A stretch of 64,000 bases of DNA. Origin: Macrostomum lignano. Lineage: Eukaryota. A program made the translations under genes and the position numbers. The notes beneath the pieces were generated by a model. The model saw only the letters and a list, made by a program, of their open reading frames with translations. It did no database searches and was not told where the DNA came from. Shown here piece by piece: positions 1 to 10,896 of this stretch. The stretch spans positions 1-64,000 of the forward strand of contig NIVC01000016.1 in the NCBI GenBank assembly GCA_002269645.1, written 5' to 3'. Every line of letters starts with the position of its first letter. Position 1 is the first letter of the stretch.

Positions 1-169
1 CCTCAGCCAGTCACTCAGCTGAGGTCAGTGCCCCTCCCAGCCAGTCACTCAGCTGAGGTCAGTGCCCCTCCCAGCCAGTCACTCAGCTGAGGTCAGTGCC
101 CCCTCCAGCCAGTCACTCAGCTGAGGTCAGTGCTCCCCTCCCAGCGCAGTCACTCAGCTGCGGTCAGTG
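1..169. repeat. 35-bp (34-36) minisatellite, left arm, interrupted by the hAT-like element
   Basis: Unit GTGCCCCCTCCCAGCCAGTCACTCAGCTGAGGTCA is repeated. It contains the palindrome CTCAGCTGAG. The same unit resumes at 3450. Confidence 0.95.
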
Positions 170-3100
170 CAGTGGTGGGAGTGAGGCGCGAATTTTCGGG
201 TTAATGGCACGAATTTCGGGATTAATGGCGCGCGATGCGCGATTTCTGAGGCGAGGCGCGATTTTTTTTATGCTCAATGCGCGAAAAATGTTAGCTGATT
301 TTTGCTTTACTTTGCCAGTGACTGCCACACCCCAGTGTCTCCTACAGCTGTACTTTCCTTGTAAACTTATTGTTGTTTAAATAAACTTGTGTTATGCTGA
401 AGAATTTTGTAGTTTTTATCAGACATTTAAGTGTCTTAGTTTTATTTAGCATTTTTAGAAATAGAACCGAAACTTATTCTTATTCTATTCTTGGAAATCA
501 GTAATCCGTTGTGACTAAAAATTGAATACCAAGTTAAGACAACACTCATAGACTAATAGTTTTCACTACAGCATCTCTTCCATTTTCTCCTTCCAGCGCT
601 ACTGACAATTGTTATTAAAATTAAGCATGGCGAAGCGTGTTCAATGGAACAACGATTGGTTAAATAAGCTCGACTATAATGGTGACGTCATTGGTCTTTG
701 GGCACGTAAGCGAGACGACTTTAAAGCAGATTGTGCCTGGTGTAATGTCGATTTTGTTTTTCGAAGTGGCATTACAAACTTTAAGAGCCACTCGCAGGCA
801 GTAAGTCATCGCGAAATTTCGAAGGCCCGTCGGAGCAGCAGCTCCCTCAAGATGTTGATGGCAGGGGCATCCGCAGGCCAGGCTGATCAGAGTATTGACG
901 GGTCTTGCGAGCCAAACGACTTAAGTCACTCTGCGAAAGTCTCGGAAATTCGTTTTATCACAAGGATTATTATTAAAAATCGTAGCTTTGAGTCTGAGGA
1001 TGACGCCGTTGAGGACTTACGTGCGATTTGTCCGACTCCAAGTTTCCGACTGCAATGCAGCTTCATCGATCGAAGATTTCTTACCTCGTGTCTCACGGCC
1101 TCTTTCCCTACCTGAAAGAGGTTATTCTGGCCGATGTTTGCAGCAACAGCAAGTCACCAGACTCAGGCTTTTTTTCAGTGCAAATTGATGAAGCCAATAA
1201 GAATGGAAAGTTTCTCGGCATCCTTCTGCGATATCTTTCAGAAAATAGTACCGAAAAACCATGAAGGCCAAATCAGTCTGCATAGATTTGCCTATGCTGT
1301 CTTCTACAACTGCCGCAGCTATTTCTGCTTCTGTTTTGCAGACGATTTCGGAGTGCAACCTCGACAAGTCAAAGTGTGTCGGAGTGATGTCGGACAGCTG
1401 CAACACCATGCGGGGCTCCAAGAGCGGAGTAGTAGTTCGACTTTGGGATGACCTTCGAAATATCATTGATGTAGGCGGCTGCAGCCTTCATCACATCCAC
1501 AACGCCGCGAAGTACGCTTGCGACGCTTCGGACTTAGGTCTCAGCGTAGAGACACTAGTGCGCGACCTCTATTGCCACTTCAAGTTTTCGCTCGACGAAA
1601 AGGACCGCTTACATGTCATTGCAACTGAATTCGATGAAGTGCGAAAGCTGGCATTTATTCGGCCAGTTGACACCCGTTGGCTGCAGCTGTTGCCGGTAGT
1701 TGAACGAGTTTTGCGACTGTTAGAGCCTCTAAAAAGTACTTCTTCGACTCCGCGACTAAGGAGCATGGCGCAAAATTTAGCACACTCAAGGTCCAAGTTC
1801 GTGACCCCAAAGTCGAATTTTTTCTTCTATTTTTGGTCGAAGTTTTGCGTCCTCTGCAGAAGTTCGAGCTGTTGTTCCAACAAGAAGACTGCCAAATATT
1901 CCGGCTGTACGAAGTGCTAAATGACCTGACACGCTGCTGGCTGTTGCGCTTTGTCTCGCCAGTCAAACTACCCGCCAAAGTCTGGAAGCTGGATTTAAAG
2001 GACAGTTCGATTTGGCTGCCCCATCTGCAAATCGGCATGGGGGAGCAGGCCAGGCGTCTCTTCATTGAGATGTCTGCTAGTGACCAACAGGCCTGTCTAG
2101 CTTTGGTGAAAGCGTTCTTTGTAAAGGGAACAGAGAAACTCTTTGAATATTTGCCGCTGAGCAGCTCCACTCTTCGTGCCTGCCAACTGCTGGATCCGAA
2201 AAAGCAGACAAACGATCGGTTTGTTCAGTGGGTTGATACCATTGCCAGGCAGCTACCGACGATCATGACAGCAAGCGAGCTCGACACGTTGCGAGTTGAG
2301 GCTCGTGCTCATCAACAAGATGTGCTGATTGCTGAGTTAGACATTGAATCCGAATCGGCTAGTAACTTCTGGGGAAAGGTCGCCGCAGTTGGCAATCGCC
2401 CACTTCTTATGCGCATAGTACGTGTGCTATTCGTCTTGCCGCACGGCAACGCGGAAGTCGAGAGAATTTTCAGCAATCTTAATGATGTCGTTACAAAGAA
2501 GCGCTCCAGTCCTGGAGCGCACACCATTAAGGCACTAGTCGTCGCGCGCTCTTGCCTTGCTGCTAAATGTTGGACAGCTGCTACGCTACCAGTCTCGCTT
2601 AGGTTGCAGAACCTGTGCAACAGCGCCTATGCTGCGTACCGCCGACGGCTGGAAGAAGAGAAGCAAGAAGAGGAGCGCAAGAAGAGGGAAGAGCTCGAGA
2701 AGAGTGTCCTCTCCGAAATTCGAAACGAGAAAAGCGTAAGCAAGACATTCACAGACTTAGAAAATTCTGTTCTGGAGACTAACGAGCAGATAAAGAAGAA
2801 GCAGAAGCAGAGGGATGACGCTCAGAAGCTGTTGCTGGAAATGACTAAGGCGAAGGAGGACCGAGATCGTGAGCTGGACGACCTGCGACACAGACAAGAC
2901 AAGCTGCAGAAGAAGAAGCTGAAACAGGCCGAGAAAATCACTGAGACGGTGCTCAAGCGTCGAGCTATTGAGCAGTCATTGTCGAACCCTCTGCCAGAAA
3001 GCGTTCAACAGAAAGGCTAATGCTATGTTAGTTGCCTTTTACTTGCTTAAAATGACATCTTCCAAAGTTAGATACGCTCTCGTATATAGCTTTCGATTTC

Positions 3101-3449
3101 ATATATTAGATTTAGTCTAGCTTGAAATATAAAAATTGCAAGTTACGATTATTTCGAATTTAATCTTTAGCAATTCAATAACTTTCATTTAAATAATTCA
3201 TTTGTAAGACCTAATAAAATGCAATACACGAGACCCACGAGTGCGAGTGGCGCACTATTGTCTACGACTACGATGTTAAATTATAGTCAAGCTGTTGCAA
3301 CAACACAACAATCGTTTTTTTTTCACCAGAGTTACTCTTTTGAACATTATATAGTCAATGTATGGCAAAAAAAGATTGACACAAAAAAACTTGCGGCGCA
3401 AAAAAATCGTAGGCGCGAAAAAAATGGGCACTCCTCACTCCCACCACTG
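170..3449 (+). mobile_element. Full-length hAT-like DNA transposon
   Basis: Perfect 17-bp TIRs: CAGTGGTGGGAGTGAGG (170-186) and CCTCACTCCCACCACTG (3433-3449). Subterminal GCGCGAWTTT / GCGCRAAAAA motifs occur at both ends. There is an internal transposase. The flanks duplicate only GTG. Confidence 0.92.
627..3020 (+). pseudogene. hAT-superfamily DDE transposase, about 798 aa after repairing three 1-nt frameshifts
   Basis: N-terminal C2H2/BED-like finger (CAWC...HSQAVSH), D1 'VQIDEAN', D2 'VMSDSCNTMRG', CxxH 'CSLHHIHN', 'DTRW', catalytic E 'HGNAEVERIFS', and a C-terminal coiled coil. Frameshifts near 1033, 1254-1258 (A5) and 1731-1735 (A5) are each fixed by adding one base, so they may be assembly errors. 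Confidence 0.88.
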
Positions 3450-4510
3450 GTGCTTCCTCCCAGCCAGTCACTCAGCAGAGGTCAGTGCCCCCCTCCCAGC
3501 CAGTCACTCAGCTGAGGTCAGTGCCCCCTCCCAGCCAGTCACTCAGCTGAGGTCAGTGCCCCTCCCAGCCAGTCACTCAGCTGAGGTCAGTGCCCCCTCC
3601 CAGCCAGTCACTCAGCTGAGGTCAGTGCCACCCTCCCAGCCAGTCACTCAGCTGAGGTCAGTGCCCCCCTCCCAGCCAGTCACTCAGCTGAGGTCAGTGC
3701 CACCCTCCCAGCCAGTCACTCAGCTGAGGTCAGTGCCCCCCTCCCAGCCAGTCACTCAGCTGAGGTCAGTGCCCCCTCCCAGCCAGTCACTCAGCTGAGG
3801 TCAGTGCCCCCTCCCAGCCAGTCACTCAGCTGAGGTCAGTGCCCCCTCCCAGCCAGTCACTCAGCTGAGGTCAGTGCCCCCTCCCAGCCAGTCACTCAGC
3901 TGAGGTCAGTGCCCCCTCCCAGCCAGTCACTCAGCTGAGGTCAGTGCCCCCTCCCAGCCAGTCACTCAGCTGAGGTCAGTGCCCCCCTCCAAGCCAGTCA
4001 CTCAGCTGAGGTCAGTGCCCCCTCCCAGCCAGTCACTCAGCTGAGGTCAGTGCCCCCTCCCAGCCAGTCACTCAGCTGAGGTCAGTGCCCCCTCCCAGCC
4101 AGTCACTCAGCTGAGGTCAGTGCCACCCTCCCAGCCAGTCACTCAGCTGAGGTCAGTGCCACCCTCCCAGCCAGTCACTCAGCTGAGGTCAGTGCTTCCT
4201 CCCAGCCAGTCACTCAGCTGCGGTCAGTGCTTCCTCCTAGCCAGTCACTCAGCTGCGGTCAGTGCTTCCTCCTAGCCAGTCACTCAGCTGAGGTCAGTGC
4301 TCCCCCCAGCCAGTGAGCTCAGCTGGGGTCAGTGCCCCTCCCAGCCAGTGAGCTCAGCTGGGGTCAGTGCCCCTCCCAGCCAGTGAGCTCAGCTGGGGTC
4401 AGTGCCCCTCCCAGCCAGTGAGCTCAGCTGGGTCAGTGACCCCCCCAGCCAGTGAGCTCAGCTGGGGTCAGTGCCCCTCCCAGCCAGTGAGCTCAGCTGG
4501 GTCAGTGACC
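3450..4510. repeat. 35-bp minisatellite, right arm (about 30 copies), in an intron of the J-domain gene
   Basis: Same unit as 1-169. Variant units (CGGTCAGTGCTTCC; GTGAGCTCAGCTGGGG) accumulate toward 4200-4510. Confidence 0.95.
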
Positions 4511-4648
4511 CCCCCACCCCAAATTTTCAAAAAAATCATCTGTCCAGATTTGAACACGCGTTTTTTCTTATGTTCTTCGCCTTGAGAACAGGTCTAGCGA
4601 ATCATAACGCATAAAAACAAACCAAATAGTAAATACCGTCTTTATTAC

Positions 4649-7621
4649 CTCTTCAATATCGCCAGTAGAACTATCTTCCCCACTAGAACCGGAGCATGCA
4701 TCCTGATCCTTTGAATCGTCAGTGGCAGCCGTAGCTCCTAGCTGCTGACCACCTTCGCCAGAATCTTTCCTCCCATGCGATTTTACTGGCGCAGTGGCAG
4801 CGGCAGCAGCAGTTTTCTCCTGCTGCTGCTTTTTGGCAGCCAAGTCCGCCGCCGCCTGCTTTTTGGCAGCCAAGTCCGTCGCCGCCTGCTTTTTGGCAGC
4901 CAAGTCCGCCGCCGCCGCCTGCTGTTGCTGCTGCTCCTGCTTCTTCTTGCCACGCCTTTGACGCTTCTTACGACGCTTCTCCTGTTTACGCTGGGCTCGA
5001 CGCTTCTCCCGCTCCTCCGCTTCGATCAGCTCCTTCGCCTGCTTTTCCGCCTCCTGCGGGTCCGAGGACCGAAGAATTATGAATCAATTTGGTTGCGTCA
5101 TCAGTCAGCTAAAAGTGGAATCGAACCCGCGACCAGTTTCTGTCCTCGGCTGTTCTATCGGACCACCTATTAATTAAACTATACTAAACGGAACCTTTTT
5201 CTTTGTGCAGAAATGCAAGCTTTTAGTGCCACACTCTATACTTTCTACTTATCAGTAGACGAATGAGTACAATTCCTTTAACCCACAACACTCACCTCAG
5301 GCGACAGAGTGCTGAAACGCGTAATCGGGGAGTTCTGATCCCGGTATTGCCTGCGATATTGATAGTACTCGTACCAATTGGGGTTGTCATTGAAGCTGCT
5401 GTCGCTGTCTGCGTGTTTGCGAGCGAGAATAATATTGAATTGAAGCTGACCGTATACTAATGACGGACCTTCAGATCCTGAGGCTGCTGTCCCCAAACTC
5501 TAAGCAGACGGACCTTCAGATTCTGAGGCTGCTGTCCCCAAACTCTAAGCAGACGGACCTTCAGATTCTGAGGCTGCTGTCCCCAAACTCTAAGCAGACG
5601 GACCTTCAGATTCTGAGGCTGTTGTCCCCAAACTCTAAGCAGACGGACCTTCAGATTCTGAGGCTGCTGTCCCCAAACTCTAAGCAGACGGACCTTCAGA
5701 TTCTGAGGCTGCTGTCCTCACACCCTAAGCAGACGGACCTTCAGATTCTGAGGCTGTTGTCCCCAAATCCTAAGCAGACGGACCTTCAGTCATCATATCC
5801 AATAAAACTGGGTCAGACTTGAATAATCTCACAGAGAAAAGTTCGCATGGAATACAAATGCTCGCTCACCGTCAGAATAGTCCTCATCTTCGTCATCGCA
5901 ATAAAAATCATCAACATCCTCCGAGTGGTTCATAAAGAAAAACAGAACTGAAACTGGAATGTGCGAAATCGATTAATTAAGCTCAAAGTTGCAGGAAAGT
6001 CTTTTTGCAACTCAAGTAAGCAATGAGATATGGCTCACAATCTGTCCTAGTCATGGCATCAATCAGTAACCAGATGAATTCCGGATTCATAAATTTATCC
6101 TTCAAACGGTCAACTTCATCGTCGGTGCTGGTCAGTTTCTTGTAGGCTAGGGAAATTTCTTGGAACTTCTACGAGAGGAATGTTGGAGCAAGTGGATTGT
6201 GCAAATATCAAGCATTAATTTGTGGCAAAAGTAAAAGCTCAGCATGTCTGTGTCAAAATAAGTTGGATGTCAGTGGGGAAGGTGGAGTTGGATGTCAGTG
6301 GGGAAGGTGGAGTTGGATGTCAGTGGGGAAAGTGGAGTTGGATGTCAGTGGGGAAGGTGGAGTCGGATGTCAGTGGGGAAAGTGGAGTTGGATGTCAGCG
6401 GGGAAGGTGGAGTCGGATAGATGTCAATAAGGAAGGTAGTTTGATGTCAGTAGAGATTGTAAAGTTGTATACCATTGAGGAATGTAAAGAGTTCTACCAG
6501 AAAAATTTCAGACTCATGAATTCTATTGCTAACAAACCTTAGTAGCAGCTTCTTGTTCTTCTGGCAGGCATTTGTCTGGATGATACTGCAGTGCTAGCCT
6601 GCGGTATGCAGACTTGATCTCTGTCTCAGAGGCATCTATAAATAATAAAAAAATAATTTAATTATTAAAATTTCCAACTAACAGAGACAATTATACTTTT
6701 TTTGCAATTGACTATATTTGAGATTGATCATTATACTAAAGAAAGATAATTATATAAAAATAGATACTATGTAGTGTTTTCAGTCACACAAAGGCATTAA
6801 AATTCATAGTAGTTAAAGGAACTTTGACTTTCTGAATCTATTTTCAATGGTTGAAGATTTTAAAATTAATATAGCCACTAAATATAAAACAAAAAACAAT
6901 GGATTCAATATATTAATACAGTATATTTCTTTGATAGCTAATGTATCTCTTAGAAGACTAGCTTAGACATTAGATATGAGGTTCAAATGATTTGTCTATA
7001 TTTGTAAAGACATAGACTTAAAAGTCGAGATCTATTAATTCTTAGACATTTCATTATTTTAATCTAGCCTAACCAGGTATTTTAAATAGTTATTGTTGCT
7101 TAAAGGTAGGGCTTGAATTAGCTTCTTAAATCCCCCTATTAAGCCTTAAGTAGCTTAAAGGCACACAATGACAAAATGCATTTATAAAAAGCATAGGCCC
7201 ATTATAGAAAAATAAATAAATAAGCATATAGATTAGTTAGGCCTAGTTAATTAAATCTTTCTTATTATATTAACTATTATTTTTTAGATTTTATTCAAAT
7301 ATATTTAACACACAAAAGGGAAAATTGATAGAGTATCATCAACTTTCTAATTAGAATTTAAAAACTTAAGACTAAGAGTAAAATAAAACCTATACATAGA
7401 TGATAGAACCTATCCCAAAAATCTTAGTTACCTAAGCAACATGCAATATACGCCTATATAATGGCCTAATGCTAAGAATAGGCCCTCTTGAATATTTTTA
7501 CTATTTAAAGAGTTTGGACTAGGCTAAATATAATTGGTACCATGGCATAATTAGATTGACACCTTGGCTTACCTGGTAAAACACAGAGAATTTTAGCAGC
7601 TTCCTCTTTAGAAATAATCAT
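4649..7621 (-). CDS. J-domain (DnaJ/Hsp40) protein, 5' six coding exons; gene continues beyond the left edge of the window
   Basis: Exons 7621-7573, 6635-6538, 6168-6039, 5947-5870, 5408-5296 and 5053-4649 all have GT-AG boundaries and matching phases (1,0,1,1,0,0). The spliced protein reads MIISKEEAAKILCVLPDASETEIKSAYRRLALQYHPDKCLPEEQEAATKKFQEISLAYKKL (J domain with HPD), then an acidic tract, then TLSPEEAEKQAKELIEAEEREKRRAQRKQEKRRKKRQRR. Confidence 0.88.
5460..5790. repeat. 45-bp intronic minisatellite (about 7 copies)
   Basis: GACGGACCTTCAGATTCTGAGGCTGCTGTCCCCAAACTCTAAGCA repeated. Confidence 0.95.
6261..6425. repeat. 25-bp intronic minisatellite (about 6 copies)
   Basis: AGTTGGATGTCAGTGGGGAAGGTGG repeated. 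Confidence 0.93.
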
Positions 7622-8756
7622 ATTTAAGAATGCAAGCTTTTGTATTTTGTTATTGACTAATTGATTCTTCTCGACTATGCCTACTGTTACAGGCTTAACT
7701 CTTTTTAGCTAGTATCAATCAATAACTAACAATGTAGGCCTATACTATATCACTATATCAGGCCAGGCCTAACCACTAGCCTAATAATACAAGATCACTA
7801 TCACGTTTATTAATTAAAAATTAGCTAAAAAAACAAGTTAGTAAGTTGACATAACTAGTGTATATATGACTTATAAATAAAATGGACTATACTTTCAGAC
7901 AAGGGAGTCAGACAATCAACTCAACTGCGTGATGAATTAGGCCAATTGAAACTTAGTACTATGTGACTGTTATTTTAAAAGACAAAGTTTTCGGTTTAAA
8001 AAATTTTAACAAAAGAAGATGTAATATTGGCTTCTGTTTTTCAGTCTTGCATGACTACACTTTTTAAAAACTCCTTTCTTAGGTGCAAATTTTAAATTAT
8101 TCTTATTGCTAAGTACATATATATTTCCTTTGTACCTGTGAGTGTAAATGTATCGGCTGAACAGTTTGACGATGAGCTCACTCGTTTTTGCACAATTGTG
8201 TTTTTGTGATCATTAGTTTAAACTAATGAAGTGCTGGATGAGCTGTTGAACTCTTTTGACGAAATTTCATAAGCGCATTAATTTTTTAAGCGTCCCTGGG
8301 GTTACACTGTTGTATTTCTGGTAAATAGATCGAACGAACAGACTTCGATTGGTTAGTACGTTTACCAGGCCGACAGAGTGCTCGGCAGAGAGGAGAAGTG
8401 TGTATTTGCATTATAAGCGCAAGTAGCAATCCGAGCTAGTGAGACAGAGAAGAGAGAGAGTCTTGGTTTTAGTAAAGTAGGGGTGCTTTTACATCTAGTA
8501 TAGCCTTGGGATGCGCGAGAGAATTAAATTTCAAGAATGTTACTATTTTTAGTATATGCCATATGGGGAGAGTGGCAGAAGCTTCCAGAATAGAGGCTAT
8601 AGCTACACTAGTTATATATTATCTATGCACTCCCAAAACCAACCGATCGAGCTAGAACTATTCACACGCGAAATTAAAGATCTAATGAGCTAATTATCTG
8701 CAGCAAAAATTGCAATTGATTATTACTGCACATGCACTATACATAATTGTTACATG

Positions 8757-9518
8757 CAGGGGTGTCGCCATGGATTTTATGGTGGGGGGGACAAAGCCAA
8801 TAATTATACATGTACATAGACTACTAAATTCTTTACATGTATACAATATTTTCAGAATCGGTGTTGTTAGCACTGATTTTTTTAGCGCCGCAGGCGCACT
8901 CAGTTTAGCGCTGCAGCTGCACTCATTTTAGCGCGGCAGGCACTCATTTTAGCGCGGCAGGCACTCATTTTAGCGCGGCAGGCACTCATTTTAGCGCGGC
9001 AGGCACTCATTTTAGCGCGGCAGGCACTCATTTTAGCGCGGCAGGCACTCATTTTAGCGCGGCAGGCACTCATTTTAGCGCGGCAGGCACTCATTTTAGC
9101 GCGGCAGGCACTCATTTTAGCGCGGCAGGCACTCATTTTAGCGCGGCAGGCACTCATTTTAGCGCGGCAGGCACTCATTTTAGCGCGGCAGGCACTCATT
9201 TTAGCGCGGCAGGCACTCATTTTAGCGCGGCAGGCACTCATTTTAGCGCGGCAGGCACTCATTTTAGCGCGGCAGGCACTCATTTTAGCGCGGCAGGCAC
9301 TCATTTTAGCGCCGCAGGCACTCATTTTAGCGCGGCAGGCACTCATTTTAGCGCCGCAAGCACTATGTTTTGTCGCCCTGCAGCAAATTTATTGATTTCC
9401 ATAAATATATATTACGGGGTCACAAATGCAAGGTGGGGTACTGCGGGGACAAATTGTATCCCCCAAGATCTTTTACTGGGGGCATGTGGTCCCCCTGTCC
9501 CCCCCCCCGTTGGCGACA
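8757..9518. mobile_element. Non-autonomous TIR (hAT-type) element remnant carrying a 21-bp internal array
   Basis: Left end CAGGGGTGTCGCCA followed by a G-run. The right end has a C-run plus TGGCGACA (9511-9518), a partial inverted match. The outermost right-hand bases are missing and no TSD is seen. Confidence 0.5.
8900..9360. repeat. 21-bp minisatellite (about 21 copies)
   Basis: ACTCATTTTAGCGCGGCAGGC repeated; the reverse strand contains GCGCTAAAAT. Confidence 0.96.
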
Positions 9519-9932
9519 AGGACCAAGGACCAAGGACATGTAGATCAAGGACCACAAAGTAGCAGTAACATTGTGTGTACGATGATGAGTATACTTTTTC
9601 TAGTGGTCCAACTGTACTAGATTTGATCCTTTGATATTCTTTTTACCGAAAATCACACTACGCGACTAATGTAAAATGTACGAAAAATTACTTATCAGCA
9701 AGCTGACTCAGGGGTGTCGGAACCGGGAGGGCACGGGGGGGGGGCTGGAGCCCCCTCACTTTTTAGCATGATCCAGCAAGTGCCCTTTTTGAATTTTAAG
9801 CAAGTGTCGGCCGGTTTTCGGCTTTGGCTTTTCTGAGTCTTAGAAGCTAAGGGCTGATATAATAGTTAATGTTGTTCTCAATCCCATTCACTACAGTTTT
9901 ATCTAATGTGCCTAAGCCTAGTGCTTTTAGTG

Positions 9933-10896
9933 CAGGGGTCAGCAAAATTTTTACCTTAAGGGCCAGATTAATAAACCTAGCGCGGCGCAATGACTGCCCT
10001 TCTGGGTCTGCTTCCCTGGGCCCCCTAAATGAAACGCGCCCAGGAGTCCCTGGTGATTGCAGGCAAGAGAAGGGAGAGGATAGGGAATAGAGAAGAGAAC
10101 TGTACGAGTACGAGCGTAGGAGAAAGGAGAGGCTAAAGAATAAAGGAGAAGAGAGTAGACGAGAGGAGAGATAAAATAGAAGAGGGGAGATGAATGAGGA
10201 GAGTCGAGATTTAAGAGAGAGGAGAGATGGAGGGAAGGTGAAGAGAATGGAGAGGAAAAGGGATTTGAGAGATGATACGAGCTAAGAGAGGAGAGGAGAT
10301 GGTAAAAGAGGAGAGAGGAGAGGAGAGGAGAGGAGAGGAGAGGGGAGGAAAAGGAGAGGTAAGAAGAGGAAAGGAGAGAGGAGAGGAGATAGGTGAGGAG
10401 AGGAGAGAGGAGATATGTGAGGAGAGGAGAGGAGAGGAGAGGAGAGGAGAGGAGATAGGTGAGGAGATGAGAGGAGAGGAGGGGAGAGAGGTGAGAAGAG
10501 GAAAGGAGAGAGGAGAAGAGATAGGTGAGGAGATGAGATGAGAGGAGAGAGGAGAGGAGAGGAGAGGAGAGAGGACAGGAGAGGAGAGGAGAGAGGAGAT
10601 ATGTGAGGAGAGGAGAGAAGAGGAGAGGAGATAGGTGAGGAGATGAGAGGAGAGGAGAGGAGAGAGGTGAGAAGAGAAAAAGAGAGAGGAGAGGAGATAG
10701 GTGAGGAGATGAGATGAGAGGAGAGAGGAGAGGAGATAATATGAGAAGAGAGAGCTGAGGAAAGAGAGCTGAGAAGAGACAAACATCGAGTGGGCCGGAT
10801 TGCTATTGTGAAGATTTAAAGGATCCGAGGGCCGGACAGAGATCAGAGGCTTTGCAGGCCACATTTGGCCCTCAGGCCGGAGTTTGCTGACCCCTG
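9933..10896. mobile_element. Charlie/MER5-like hAT non-autonomous element nested in 9709-11346
   Basis: Perfect 14-bp TIRs CAGGGGTCAGCAAA / TTTGCTGACCCCTG. The 8-bp TSD is TTTTAGTG / TTTTTGTG (7/8). GGCC-rich subtermini are typical of Charlie-type elements. The interior has expanded into a GAGAG-rich repeat. Confidence 0.85.
10070..10780. repeat. Purine-rich (GAGAG/GGAGA)n low-complexity repeat inside the nested element
   Basis: Almost pure A/G tract. Confidence 0.93.

Noticed and set aside
5117-5134. tRNA B-box-like GGAATCGAACCCGCGACC (similar words near 41845 and 51705)
   Set aside because: No cloverleaf or A-box could be built. These are at most SINE fragments, not tRNA genes.
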